From: Bacteroidota bacterium | GTDB lineage: Bacteria; Bacteroidota; Bacteroidia; Chitinophagales; Chitinophagaceae | Direction: 5' to 3' | DNA: 40,021 nt | NCBI GenBank assembly: GCA_039796395.1 | Contig: JBDKJW010000001.1 | Span: forward strand, 1 to 40,021 | Part shown: piece by piece, positions 1-9,033 of the stretch | How positions within the stretch are numbered: the stretch's first letter is position 1 | Layout of the letters: every line of letters starts with the position of its first letter | Made by a program: the position numbers and the translations under genes | Notes under the pieces: generated by a model | What the model saw: only the letters and a program-made list of their open reading frames with translations | Told to the model about the DNA's origin: nothing | The model's database searches: none

Positions 1-130
1 GAATGCCATTTTAGAAAGAGCATTTATAAACGGAGAAAAAATAGGATTGAGTAAGGAATTCGTTACCAAGTATTTTGATGCTGTACATATGGAGAGTATC
101 AATCACCAAAATAAAATAATGAATTCATAG
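1..130 (+). CDS. 3' end of bifunctional DAHP synthase/chorismate mutase (truncated by window edge)
   Basis: Frame 2 reads NAILERAFINGEKIGLSKEFVTKYFDAVHMESINHQNKIMNS* (TAG 128-130). This resembles the C-terminal AroQ domain of the Bacteroidota fusion protein, and it lies directly upstream of aroB-aroA-aroC. Confidence 0.8.
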   Translation, partial: NAILERAFINGEKIGLSKEFVTKYFDAVHMESINHQNKIMNS

Positions 131-208
131 ATAACAGACGGTAGACGATGGACCATAACATGCATCACTAAAATTTTTATTGTCTATCGTCTATAGTCAA
201 TCGTCTAA
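127..208. repeat. Inverted pair of degenerate 7-bp tandem arrays (imperfect hairpin)
   Basis: atagata-acagacg-gtagacg-atggacc (127-154) faces tgtctat-cgtctat-agtcaat-cgtctaa (181-208), which is roughly its reverse complement. Confidence 0.7.
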
Positions 209-218
209 CATGTATACT

Positions 219-1237
219 ATGCTCAAAAAAATAAATTTCGGTTCAGCAATAACGCAATTTCATTTCGATGCCAATTTTTCACAACTTGAAAAAATAGTAT
301 CGAAGGAGAATAGTTTTTAACCGATACTAATGTATTTGCGAAGCATAAAAAATTATTCAAGTCTTGGAATACTATTGTATTAAAAGCAGGTGAGCAATTT
401 AAAGTACAGCAAACAGTTGATGTATTGATTGATCAATTGATTAAAATGGGTGCCAATAGGCAGTCTATTTTAATTGGTGTGGGCGGTGGTGTAGTTACGG
501 ATATCACCGGATATGCTGCAAGTATTTATATGCGTGGCATTCGTTTTGGATTTGTACCTACTTCTTTATTGGCGATGGTTGATGCAGCCATAGGAGGGAA
601 GAATGGTATTGATGTAGGCGTATATAAGAATATGGTGGGCCTCATTCGGCAGCCTGAATTTTTGTTATACGATTATAGCCTGTTGAGAACTCTGCCTGAT
701 GTAGAATGGAAAAATGGTTTTGCGGAAATTATTAAACATGCTGCTATTAAAGACGCTAAAATGTTTGCAGCATTAGAACAACTATCGATAGCTAAATATA
801 AAAAAGATAAAGCAGCATTGGCTTCTTTGGTACAAAGAAATGCCATGATTAAAATTAAAGTAGTAGTAGAAGATGAGTTGGAAAAGGGCGATAGAAAATT
901 ATTGAACTTCGGACATACACTCGGACATGCCATTGAAAATATGTATGAGTTGAGTCACGGACAAGCCATAAGCATTGGAATGACCTATGCTGCGCTGATA
1001 TCTGCTCAATTGAAATTTTATAAAGAAGCTTCACGATTAATTGCTTTACTGCATAAATATGGCTTGCCAACAGTAGCCGATTTTGATGCCAAGCAGGCTT
1101 TCAAAGTATTATTGAAAGATAAAAAGGGAGATGGTGTTTCGATGCATTATATATTATTAGAAAAAACAGGTAAAGCTGTTGTACAACCTATTTTATTGGT
1201 GCAGTTACAAGAAATATTTAAACAATTCAATAAATAA
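219..1237 (+). pseudogene. aroB: 3-dehydroquinate synthase, frameshifted near 312-320 (real lesion or sequence error)
   Basis: ATG219 gives MLKKINFG...VSKENSF* (TAA 318-320). The AroB frame FLTDTNVFAKHK...AGEQFK begins at 314 and continues into ORF 425-1237 with GGGVVTD, PTSLLAMVDAAIGGKNG and LNFGHTLGHAIE motifs. Confidence 0.85.
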
Positions 1238-1238
1238 A

Positions 1239-2543
1239 ATGATCGTTCGCGTTACTCCTGGTAATGTAAAAGGGAATATATATGCCCCTGCCAGCAAAAG
1301 CAGCATGCAAAGAGCCTGTGCTGCCGCATTGCTGAAAGTAGGTACAACTATTATTCAAAATCCTGGTAAGAGTAATGATGATGTTGCAGCTATCGATACA
1401 ATTCAAAAATTAGGTGCTACTATTTCTTATTCCGAAAAAGGAGAACTTATTATTGAATCGAAAGGTGTTGCACCTATTAGTGATGAAATGAATTGCGGAG
1501 AGAGTGGATTAGGTATTAGAATGTTTACACCCATTGCTGCATTGAGCAAGCAAGCCATTACCATTACGGGCACGGGTAGTTTACTTACCAGACCAATGCA
1601 TTTTTTTAATGACATCTTTCCATCCTTAAGTGTATCTATACAATCGAATGAGGGCAAATTGCCGTTGCATGTTCAAGGGCCGTTAGTACCTGCTGATATT
1701 GAAATTGATGGCTCTTTAAGCTCTCAGTTTTTAACTGGGTTATTAATGGCTTATGCGGCTGCCGGAGCGAATAATGTATCCATTAAGGTGCATGATTTAA
1801 AAAGTAAGCCTTATATAGATCTTACACTAAAAGTGTTGGCCGATTTTGGTTGGCAGGTTACGCACGAAGATTATCAAGTATTTCGCTTTCACCGTACATC
1901 ACCTGATTCTAACCTTACACATTCCCCCTCAAACCATACACCTTATACCTATACTGTAGAAGGCGATTGGAGTGGTGCTGCCTTTTTATTGGTAGCAGGT
2001 GCGATTGCAGGTGATATTGTGGTAGAAGGATTAGATGTTTTTTCTACACAAGCAGATAAAGCTATTTTACAAGCATTAACAGATGCGGGTGCCGGATTAT
2101 CTGTACAAGAAAAACAAATTGAGATAAGAAACTTACCTTTAAAAGCGTTTCATTTTAATGCTACGGATTGTCCGGATTTATTTCCGCCATTAGTGGCTTT
2201 AGCTGCTTGTTGTGAAGGCACAACGGCTATTGAAGGCGTGAATAGGTTGGAACATAAAGAAAGCAATAGGGGTTTAACCTTGCAACAAGAGTTTGCGAAG
2301 ATGGGTATCGAAATAGTGTTACAAGGAGATTTGATGTTGGTGAAGGGAGGAAATATAAAAGGGGCTAAAGTTCATTCCCGCCACGATCATAGAATTGCGA
2401 TGGCTTGTGCAGTTGCTGGCTTACGTGCAAATGGTGAAGTGGATATTGAAGATGCCGAAGCAGTAAGTAAGTCTTATCCTAACTTTTATGAACATTTACA
2501 GCTGCTAAACGGTATTGTTAATATATCAGATTCCAGATTATAG
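1239..2543 (+). CDS. aroA: 3-phosphoshikimate 1-carboxyvinyltransferase (EPSP synthase)
   Basis: PASKSSMQR, CGESGLGIR, SSQFLTGLL, KESNR and HDHRIAM motifs. Start moved to ATG1239, just after the aroB stop. Confidence 0.96.
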   Translation: MIVRVTPGNVKGNIYAPASKSSMQRACAAALLKVGTTIIQNPGKSNDDVAAIDTIQKLGATISYSEKGELIIESKGVAPISDEMNCGESGLGIRMFTPIAALSKQAITITGTGSLLTRPMHFFNDIFPSLSVSIQSNEGKLPLHVQGPLVPADIEIDGSLSSQFLTGLLMAYAAAGANNVSIKVHDLKSKPYIDLTLKVLADFGWQVTHEDYQVFRFHRTSPDSNLTHSPSNHTPYTYTVEGDWSGAAFLLVAGAIAGDIVVEGLDVFSTQADKAILQALTDAGAGLSVQEKQIEIRNLPLKAFHFNATDCPDLFPPLVALAACCEGTTAIEGVNRLEHKESNRGLTLQQEFAKMGIEIVLQGDLMLVKGGNIKGAKVHSRHDHRIAMACAVAGLRANGEVDIEDAEAVSKSYPNFYEHLQLLNGIVNISDSRL

Positions 2544-2561
2544 ATTGAAGATTTAAAATTA
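2527..2561 (+). repeat. Five degenerate 7-bp units (core AGATT) across the aroA stop and aroA-aroC spacer
   Basis: cagattc cagatta tagattg aagattt aaaatta. Confidence 0.65.
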
Positions 2562-3556
2562 TGAACTCTTTCGGCACTCTTTTTAGGATACATATTTTCG
2601 GCGAATCGCATGGCGAAAGCATAGGCTTTGTGTTAGATGGTTGTCCGGCAGGTATTGCACTTGATGTTACAGATTTTGTAACAGATATGGAACGGAGAAA
2701 AGGGGGTGTGCAAAAAGGAACTACACCAAGAAAAGAAGATGATATTCCTGTTTTTAAGAGTGGCATTTTTAATGGTAAAACAACCGGTGCACCGATCGCA
2801 GTTTTTTTTGAAAATAATAATACACGTAGTGGTGATTATGATAAGCATAGAGCCATTCCGCGGCCCGGACATGCAGACTTCACTGCCCATATAAAATACG
2901 GGGGTTATGAAGATTATAGAGGGGGCGGACATTTCAGCGGACGATTAACAGCATGTTTAGTAGCAGCGGGTGTTATAGCCAAGAAAATATTGGGATCAAA
3001 AAATATTATTACCACAGCAAGTATTATAGAGATTGGTGGTGAAAAAGATATCGATAAAGGCTTACAAAAAGCCATCGATCAAAAAGATAGTATCGGCGGT
3101 ATTGTAGAATGTAGGGTCAACGGCTTGCCCGTTGGCCTTGGGGAACATTTTTTTGATTCGGTAGAGTCGGTGATTAGTCATGCTGTTTTTGCTATCCCTG
3201 CAATTAAAGGAATTGAATTTGGAACAGGTTTTGCGGCTGCAAAAATGTTTGGCTCCGCACATAATGATGCACAAATTGATGGTGCAGGTACTACAAGAAC
3301 CAATCATGCAGGTGGTATTGTAGGTGGTATTACCAATGGAAATGAGCTGGTATATAGGGTAGTAGTAAAGCCAACTTCATCTACCCCTAAAGAACAAAAC
3401 TCCTGGAACTGGAGCACTGAACAGGTAGAAAATTTTTCTGTGAAGGGGCGACACGATTTATGCATAGCTTTACGTGTTCCTGTAGTACTAGAAGCTGTAA
3501 CTGCAGTTGCGCTAACAGATTTTATGTTGCGAGAGCAACAGATTGCCCGTAAATAA
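2561..3556 (+). CDS. aroC: Chorismate synthase
   Basis: GESHG, RPGHAD, GGGHFSGRLT, GGITNG and GRHDLC motifs. Confidence 0.97.
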   Translation: MNSFGTLFRIHIFGESHGESIGFVLDGCPAGIALDVTDFVTDMERRKGGVQKGTTPRKEDDIPVFKSGIFNGKTTGAPIAVFFENNNTRSGDYDKHRAIPRPGHADFTAHIKYGGYEDYRGGGHFSGRLTACLVAAGVIAKKILGSKNIITTASIIEIGGEKDIDKGLQKAIDQKDSIGGIVECRVNGLPVGLGEHFFDSVESVISHAVFAIPAIKGIEFGTGFAAAKMFGSAHNDAQIDGAGTTRTNHAGGIVGGITNGNELVYRVVVKPTSSTPKEQNSWNWSTEQVENFSVKGRHDLCIALRVPVVLEAVTAVALTDFMLREQQIARK

Positions 3557-3563
3557 TAACGAT

Positions 3564-3869
3564 ATGATTGCCAATTATATTTACCATATTACCACAGCAA
3601 AGGAATGGGATGAAGCCCAACAAAAAGGAATTTATGAGGCCGATACATTGGCTTCGGAAGGATACATGCATTGTAGCACTGAGGAGCAAGTTCAAGGCGT
3701 ATTAGAAAGATATTATGCTGATCGCGTTAATTTGGTTAAACTCACGATCAATAAAGAAAAAGTAGAACGACCGCTAATTTTTGAATTGGCAGGATCAATT
3801 AATGAGGTTTTCCCCCATATTTATGGCGCGTTGAATTTAGATGCCGTAGAAAATGTTGATTATTTGTAA
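3564..3869 (+). CDS. DUF952 domain protein
   Basis: IYHITT..EW, EGYMHCST..Q and FPHIYGALNLDAV signature. ATG3564 taken as start. Confidence 0.9.
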   Translation: MIANYIYHITTAKEWDEAQQKGIYEADTLASEGYMHCSTEEQVQGVLERYYADRVNLVKLTINKEKVERPLIFELAGSINEVFPHIYGALNLDAVENVDYL

Positions 3870-3872
3870 TGT

Positions 3873-3907
3873 ATTAATAATTAATAATCAATAATTATTA
3901 ATTAATT
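3873..3907. repeat. AT-rich 7-bp tandem repeat
   Basis: attaata attaata atcaata attatta attaatt, directly after the DUF952 stop. Confidence 0.5.
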
Positions 3908-3948
3908 TCTCCTCATTGTTTCAAAGGTTTATCCTGTAAGCCCCTGCG

Positions 3949-3963
3949 TGGCATGGTATTTGG
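3949..3963 (+). promoter_or_regulatory. Candidate sigma-54 (-24/-12) promoter upstream of rlpA
   Basis: TGGCATGGTATTTGG compared with the consensus TGGCAC-N5-TTGC. Confidence 0.45.
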
Positions 3964-4059
3964 CAATGTCGGTCGAAACTTATCCTCAACTATGGTATGA
4001 ATCACCGTTTCAACGTATTTTACTGTTGCAAACTGGGTGATATGCAAAATAAATTTTAT

Positions 4060-4551
4060 ATGATAAAGCTCTTTTTGTTTTTATTTACTGTTTATTTGAG
4101 CGCAGGCGTGCAAGCTCAAACCGATACAACAGGCATGGCCCGCGATACGAGTATCAAAATCATTGGACTCGATACCATGCTTCAACAAAAAGATAGTGTA
4201 GCAACTATCGACTCTTTGGTTTTTATAAAATCACAGAAATCGATTACGGGTATTGCGAGCTTTTATAGCGCCAGCCTAGATGGAACTAAAACGGCTACAG
4301 GGGAGATTTTCCGCAATAAAAAGATGACGGCAGCCAGCAATAATCTAAAATTAAATACTTGGGTTAGGGTCACCAATTTGAGTAATGGAAAAACGGTTAT
4401 TGTGCGTATAAATGATCGTATGCACCCAGCTATGAAAAGAAAGGGAAGGGTGATTGATTTAAGTAGGGCGGCTGCCAAAGAGCTTGATTTTATTAAAAAA
4501 GGGCTTACCAAGGTAAAACTTGAGGTAATTGAAAAACCAAAACTCTTATAA
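4060..4551 (+). CDS. rlpA: Septal ring lytic transglycosylase RlpA family protein (DPBB domain)
   Basis: GIASFY, TATGEIF, VRINDR and RVIDLSRAAA motifs. Signal-peptide-like N-terminus from ATG4060 (upstream ATGs at 3997 and 4042 are possible). Confidence 0.88.
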   Translation: MIKLFLFLFTVYLSAGVQAQTDTTGMARDTSIKIIGLDTMLQQKDSVATIDSLVFIKSQKSITGIASFYSASLDGTKTATGEIFRNKKMTAASNNLKLNTWVRVTNLSNGKTVIVRINDRMHPAMKRKGRVIDLSRAAAKELDFIKKGLTKVKLEVIEKPKLL

Positions 4552-4601
4552 AATATTAAAAGATAAACATTCCATAATTTTTCAGTACCGATTTCTCACT
4601 G

Positions 4602-4609
4602 TATTTTTG
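4602..4609 (+). promoter_or_regulatory. Bacteroidota -7 promoter element for the OmpA gene
   Basis: TATTTTTG matches TAnnTTTG, 23 nt before ATG4633. Confidence 0.55.
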
Positions 4610-4632
4610 CAGCAATTATTAAAAATCTGTTT

Positions 4633-5982
4633 ATGAAGAAATTACTGTTTTCTTTATTAACGCTTGGCCTTTTTACAGCAGCAATTGCTCAAAAAGCTGA
4701 GAGTTATAAAAAAAGACCTTCTTTGGGTGTGTCTTTTTTCTTGAATGATATGTACACCGCCGAAAGAATTGGCAAAACATCTCTTTCTACCGTATTACAA
4801 AATAAAACTTGGGCGAAAACAGCAGAGATGACTCCTGGTTTGGCCGTTCAATATGTTGAGGGTCTTACTGAGCATATCGACTTTGTTGGTCAGTTAGGTG
4901 GTACATTTACACAGTATCCTTTTTATCCAAGATCTGGTGTAGCTCCATCAAAACAAAACAAATTCCTTTTAGAGGCTGATGCAAATGTTAATGTAAAGCT
5001 TCTTACTGATAAATATACAGTGGTTCCTTACCTTACTTTTGGGTTAGGTGCTTCTATGTATGGTGGTACTTATTTTGCTGCGCAGGGTACTGCTGGTATG
5101 GGATTACAGGTTAGCTTAGGCAACGAAACATTTGTAAATACGCAATTGGTTGCTCGTCCGGCTGTTTCTAACTTAGCCGTAAATCATATGGCTTATTCTA
5201 TTGGTATCATCTCTCCATTGAAAGATAAGCCAGCTCCAGTAGTAGTGGTTGCTCCACCCCCACCTGCTCCAGTTGTAGAAAAAGATACGGATGGTGATGG
5301 TATTTTAGATAAAGATGATAAATGTCCAACCGTTAAAGGTGTTGCTAAATACCAAGGTTGCCCTATTCCTGATACAGATGGAGATGGCATTAATGATGAA
5401 AATGACAAATGCCCAACTGTTAAAGGTATTGCTAAATACCAGGGTTGTCCTATCCCAGATACTGATAAAGATGGTATCAATGATGAGGAAGACAAATGTC
5501 CTACAGTTCCAGGTTTAGCTCGTTACCAAGGTTGTCCAATCCCAGATACAGACGGTGATGGTGTAAATGATGAAGAAGATAAGTGTCCTACTGTAAAAGG
5601 TACTGTGGCTAATTTTGGTTGCCCTGAATTAGGTGCTCAATACAAATTTGATAATAAGAAAGTATTGTTCAATACGGGTACTGCTGTATTAACTAAGTCA
5701 TCTAAAGTAGAATTAGAGAAAGTAGTTAAAGCAATGAATGATTATCCTTCATTGAAATTATATGTTGATGGTCATACCGATAATACAGGTACTGATAAGA
5801 TCAATATTCCGCTTTCATTGAAGCGTGCAAATGCTGTTAAAACTTACTTGTTTGCCAGAAAAATTGCTGGTGATCGTTTAATCACGAATGGCTTTGGTAG
5901 CACCAAACCAATTGCAGATAACAAAACTGTAAAAGGGAAAGCACAAAATCGTCGTGTAGAATTTAGAGTACAGGAGCTTTAA
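4633..5982 (+). CDS. OmpA family outer membrane protein with thrombospondin type-3 repeats
   Basis: Signal peptide, beta-barrel-like N domain, Pro-rich linker, DTDGDG..DKCP repeats, and a C-terminal OmpA domain (GHTD, LSLKRA, NRRVEF). Confidence 0.93.
   Translation: MKKLLFSLLTLGLFTAAIAQKAESYKKRPSLGVSFFLNDMYTAERIGKTSLSTVLQNKTWAKTAEMTPGLAVQYVEGLTEHIDFVGQLGGTFTQYPFYPRSGVAPSKQNKFLLEADANVNVKLLTDKYTVVPYLTFGLGASMYGGTYFAAQGTAGMGLQVSLGNETFVNTQLVARPAVSNLAVNHMAYSIGIISPLKDKPAPVVVVAPPPPAPVVEKDTDGDGILDKDDKCPTVKGVAKYQGCPIPDTDGDGINDENDKCPTVKGIAKYQGCPIPDTDKDGINDEEDKCPTVPGLARYQGCPIPDTDGDGVNDEEDKCPTVKGTVANFGCPELGAQYKFDNKKVLFNTGTAVLTKSSKVELEKVVKAMNDYPSLKLYVDGHTDNTGTDKINIPLSLKRANAVKTYLFARKIAGDRLITNGFGSTKPIADNKTVKGKAQNRRVEFRVQEL
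5284..5625 (+). repeat. Four 87-bp coding repeats (TSP3 Ca-binding units)
   Basis: Units start at 5284, 5371, 5458 and 5545, each DTDxDGxxDxxDKCPTV..GCP. Confidence 0.92.
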
Positions 5983-6001
5983 TAAAGCACTTAACTATAC
6001 T

Positions 6002-6035
6002 AAAAACCTCTCCGCCTAGGTGGAGAGGTTTTTTT
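6002..6035. terminator. Bidirectional intrinsic terminator between the OmpA gene and miaE
   Basis: AAAAACCTCTCC-GCCTAGGT-GGAGAGGTTTTTTT hairpin with A and T tracts, between convergent genes. Confidence 0.9.
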
Positions 6036-6052
6036 ATGTAAAAACAGGCTAA

Positions 6053-6676
6053 TTAATGAATACGATCGCCACGGAGTTCTAGTTCATCCATGATTTCTAT
6101 CTCATATTTTAACCATTCTTGCCAACGCTTTCTCACTTTTTGTTTTGGTAAGTAGGTATCGGCCAAATTGATAAAAAGGGTATAATGCCCTGCCTCACTC
6201 TCCATGAATTTTCGATAAAATTTTCGGAGATAAGCATCTTCTAAGCCCTCACTCAGCCGTTTAAAACGCTCGCAACTTCTGGCTTCAATTAAAGCCATGG
6301 TTAGCAGTTGATCAAGCATTCGATCGTCTATATGTCCACCCTTTTTTTGAAATTCCAGTAGCTTATTTACATAATGGTCTTTTCGTTGCTTACCAAGTGT
6401 TAACTTTCTTTTTTTTAACTCAGCAAGAACCAACCTAAAATGCCCCCATTCTTCCGTAACAATGGGCGCTAAAGACTCAACCAATGCTACACGATCTGAA
6501 TATCGTTGAATTAAAGAGATACATGTTAAAGCTGCTTTTTGCTCGCAATAGGCATGATCTGTGAGGATTGCTTCTAAGGAAATAGTGGTAAGGTTTACCC
6601 AGCGTGGGTCGGTAGGCAATTTTAAACCTAAGATATTTTTGGTATCTATAGATAATGATGATTCCATAAAGTACAA
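6053..6676 (-). CDS. miaE: tRNA-(ms2io6A37) hydroxylase
   Basis: DHAYCEQKAA, EEWGHF, IEARSCERF and SEAGHY di-iron motifs. Start may be ATG6667. Confidence 0.93.
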   Translation of the reverse strand: MYFMESSLSIDTKNILGLKLPTDPRWVNLTTISLEAILTDHAYCEQKAALTCISLIQRYSDRVALVESLAPIVTEEWGHFRLVLAELKKRKLTLGKQRKDHYVNKLLEFQKKGGHIDDRMLDQLLTMALIEARSCERFKRLSEGLEDAYLRKFYRKFMESEAGHYTLFINLADTYLPKQKVRKRWQEWLKYEIEIMDELELRGDRIH

Positions 6677-6717
6677 TTGTTGCTACAATGATAATACGAT
6701 TTAGTTAGTTTTGGTAA

Positions 6718-7806
6718 ATGTATAAGGATGAGTTTTTAGAAAAAAGATTAGCAGAAAGAATTGCACGGCATGCACTAAGAACATTAATAACAACCGATTC
6801 ATTGATCGATTTTTGTTCTAACGATTACTTGGGTATAGCGTCTAAAGGCTTGTTGTGTAATGTAGGTGGGGGTTTAGGTACGGGCTCCGGTGGTTCAAGG
6901 TTGCTTGCCGGTAATTATCCTTTAATAGAAGAAGTTGAAAAACACATTGCTCATTTTCACCATGCTGAAACTGGCCTATTATTTAACTCGGGGTATGATG
7001 CGAATGTAGGGCTCTTATCTGCTATTGCGCAACGAACAGATACGATTTACTATGATCAGCTGTCACACGCATCATTACGTGATGGTATCGTATTATCAAA
7101 AGCAAATGCATTTTCGTTTCAACATAATGATTTAGCTGATTTAGAGAAGAAGCTACAGCATCGCACAGGAAATTGCTTTATCGTAACAGAGTCGTTATTT
7201 AGTATGGATGGCGATTTTTGTGATTTAAGAAATTTAGTGATGATTGCCAATAAGTATAATGCACATTTAATTATTGATGAAGCGCATGCAACGGGTGTTA
7301 TAGGAGAGAAGGGCGAAGGATTGGTTCAGCAGCTAGGATTTGAGCATGCGGTATTTGCCAGGATACATACTTTTGGGAAGGCAGTTGGCTGTCATGGAGC
7401 TGTAGTGCTTGGTAGCAACCGATTACAATCTTATTTGATTAATTTTTCGAGAAGTTTTATGTATACAACTTCTTTACCTCCGCAATCTGTTGCAGCAATA
7501 AAAGCAGCATATACTTTATTTCCATCGATGCATGCTGAAAGAAAATATCTATCATCTTTAATAGAAGTTTTTAGACAGTCAAATTTTCCTTATACTAAAA
7601 TTAAGTCTGAGTCGGCTATACAGGGTGTTATTATTCCAGGTAATGACGCAGTTAAGGCAAAAGCAAAACAATTGCAAGAGGAGAATATAGATGTGCGTGC
7701 AATACTATACCCTACAGTTCCTAAAGGAGCCGAACGATTAAGAATTATTTTACATGCATTTAATACGGAAACAGAACTGAAAAAATTAATTGCACTATTG
7801 CAATAA
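6718..7806 (+). CDS. bioF: 8-amino-7-oxononanoate synthase (class II PLP enzyme)
   Basis: FCSNDYLG, GSGGSRLLAG, SGYDAN, FSMDGD, DEAHA and TFGKA motifs. Confidence 0.85.
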   Translation: MYKDEFLEKRLAERIARHALRTLITTDSLIDFCSNDYLGIASKGLLCNVGGGLGTGSGGSRLLAGNYPLIEEVEKHIAHFHHAETGLLFNSGYDANVGLLSAIAQRTDTIYYDQLSHASLRDGIVLSKANAFSFQHNDLADLEKKLQHRTGNCFIVTESLFSMDGDFCDLRNLVMIANKYNAHLIIDEAHATGVIGEKGEGLVQQLGFEHAVFARIHTFGKAVGCHGAVVLGSNRLQSYLINFSRSFMYTTSLPPQSVAAIKAAYTLFPSMHAERKYLSSLIEVFRQSNFPYTKIKSESAIQGVIIPGNDAVKAKAKQLQEENIDVRAILYPTVPKGAERLRIILHAFNTETELKKLIALLQ

Positions 7807-7807
7807 G

Positions 7808-9004
7808 TTATTCTTCAAAATAAGCCAAACTACCACCTACCCATTCTTTGTCTTTATTATATCTTACACCAATCATTTTTCCCTTACTTAAACGTGCCAA
7901 ATTATTGGTGGCTATCGGGCGCTTCGCGCCCTCTTCCCAAAAATAAAAAATACGAATTTCTGCTTTTGCAGGCTCATCGGGTGTTTCAACTGCAGGCGCG
8001 TAGTTCACTTTTTTCTGTAGTATCCAATTCTCCGGATCCTTTACTGCGGCTATATCTTCGGGTGTTACATCAATAACAACACCCTGTCCGGCAAATGAGA
8101 ACAAAGGCTTCAATACATAGTTTTCTAAATCGCTAGGTATGGTTTTTAGTTGATCTAAAAATGCTGTTGCTGGTACATAAGGATGATCAATAAATGGTAA
8201 TGTATATTTACTGATTCTGTAAAACCAATTAGGGTGAGGTACCCATTCTACATCTAATTGATCGAACAATATTTTGCCCTTTTCTTGAATGCTTGGATCT
8301 TGTTGCTGTAAGTCATCAAAAATAATGCGATTATAAATACGTTTGATAGGTACTAATTGATCATCTTTTTTGTAAAATAATTGATCACCTTCTTTAATTA
8401 GTTCCGTTAAACACACAACAGGAATGCCTACATAATCAGTGGTACAATAAAAGTCGATTCTTGTTTTTTGTTGATGCGGAAGGATCTCTAATAATACAAC
8501 TTCTTCTTTACGATGATTTCCTACAATTATTTTCTGTAAAAGCTCAGTATAACTAGTTGGTGTAAAACCATTTAAATAAGCACTATAATTAGCGGGAATA
8601 TTAAAATGTTTTCTGGTGATTTCTTCATGCCAAATTTGATAGGCAAATAGCGTAGGGAAGCCTTGCATTTCTATCAACTGTGGTTCTAGTTCTCCCGCTT
8701 CATTTTTACAAATGCCAAAATCAAATGCGATGAAATGAGTATGGGCACTATTTCCAGGCACTTTTACATTTGCAGGGATAGCCCTATCTGATATTTTGTG
8801 AAAATCACTACCTACAATTACATCCACAATAGCTTCGCAAGCATCTAGCACTTTCTGCTTAAAAATACGGTCTATAAAAATGGGTGTTTCTGCTACTCTA
8901 AACTCTATTGCACCGGGGTGTTTACTATGTAATTCATCTAAATAGGCATTATATTTTGCCGCTGTAAAAGCACTATTGTATGCAGAACGTATTACAGGAA
9001 CCAT
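7808..9004 (-). CDS. Uncharacterised ATP-grasp ligase-like protein (circularly permuted/glutathionylspermidine synthetase-like)
   Basis: FDF..PQLIEMQ, IKRIYNR, YVLKPLFSFAGQGV and WILQKKV match ATP-grasp nucleotide-binding elements. Confidence 0.65.
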   Translation of the reverse strand: MVPVIRSAYNSAFTAAKYNAYLDELHSKHPGAIEFRVAETPIFIDRIFKQKVLDACEAIVDVIVGSDFHKISDRAIPANVKVPGNSAHTHFIAFDFGICKNEAGELEPQLIEMQGFPTLFAYQIWHEEITRKHFNIPANYSAYLNGFTPTSYTELLQKIIVGNHRKEEVVLLEILPHQQKTRIDFYCTTDYVGIPVVCLTELIKEGDQLFYKKDDQLVPIKRIYNRIIFDDLQQQDPSIQEKGKILFDQLDVEWVPHPNWFYRISKYTLPFIDHPYVPATAFLDQLKTIPSDLENYVLKPLFSFAGQGVVIDVTPEDIAAVKDPENWILQKKVNYAPAVETPDEPAKAEIRIFYFWEEGAKRPIATNNLARLSKGKMIGVRYNKDKEWVGGSLAYFEE

Positions 9005-9033
9005 AATCTCAAATTTGAGTATTAATATAACTG

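Noticed and set aside
5284-5625. 87-bp repeats as a novel element
   Set aside because: Fully explained by the TSP3 repeats typical of Bacteroidota OmpA proteins.
6718-7806. Serine palmitoyltransferase instead of BioF
   Set aside because: GSGGSRLLAG and SGYDAN motifs and the length fit BioF better, although no other bio genes are adjacent.
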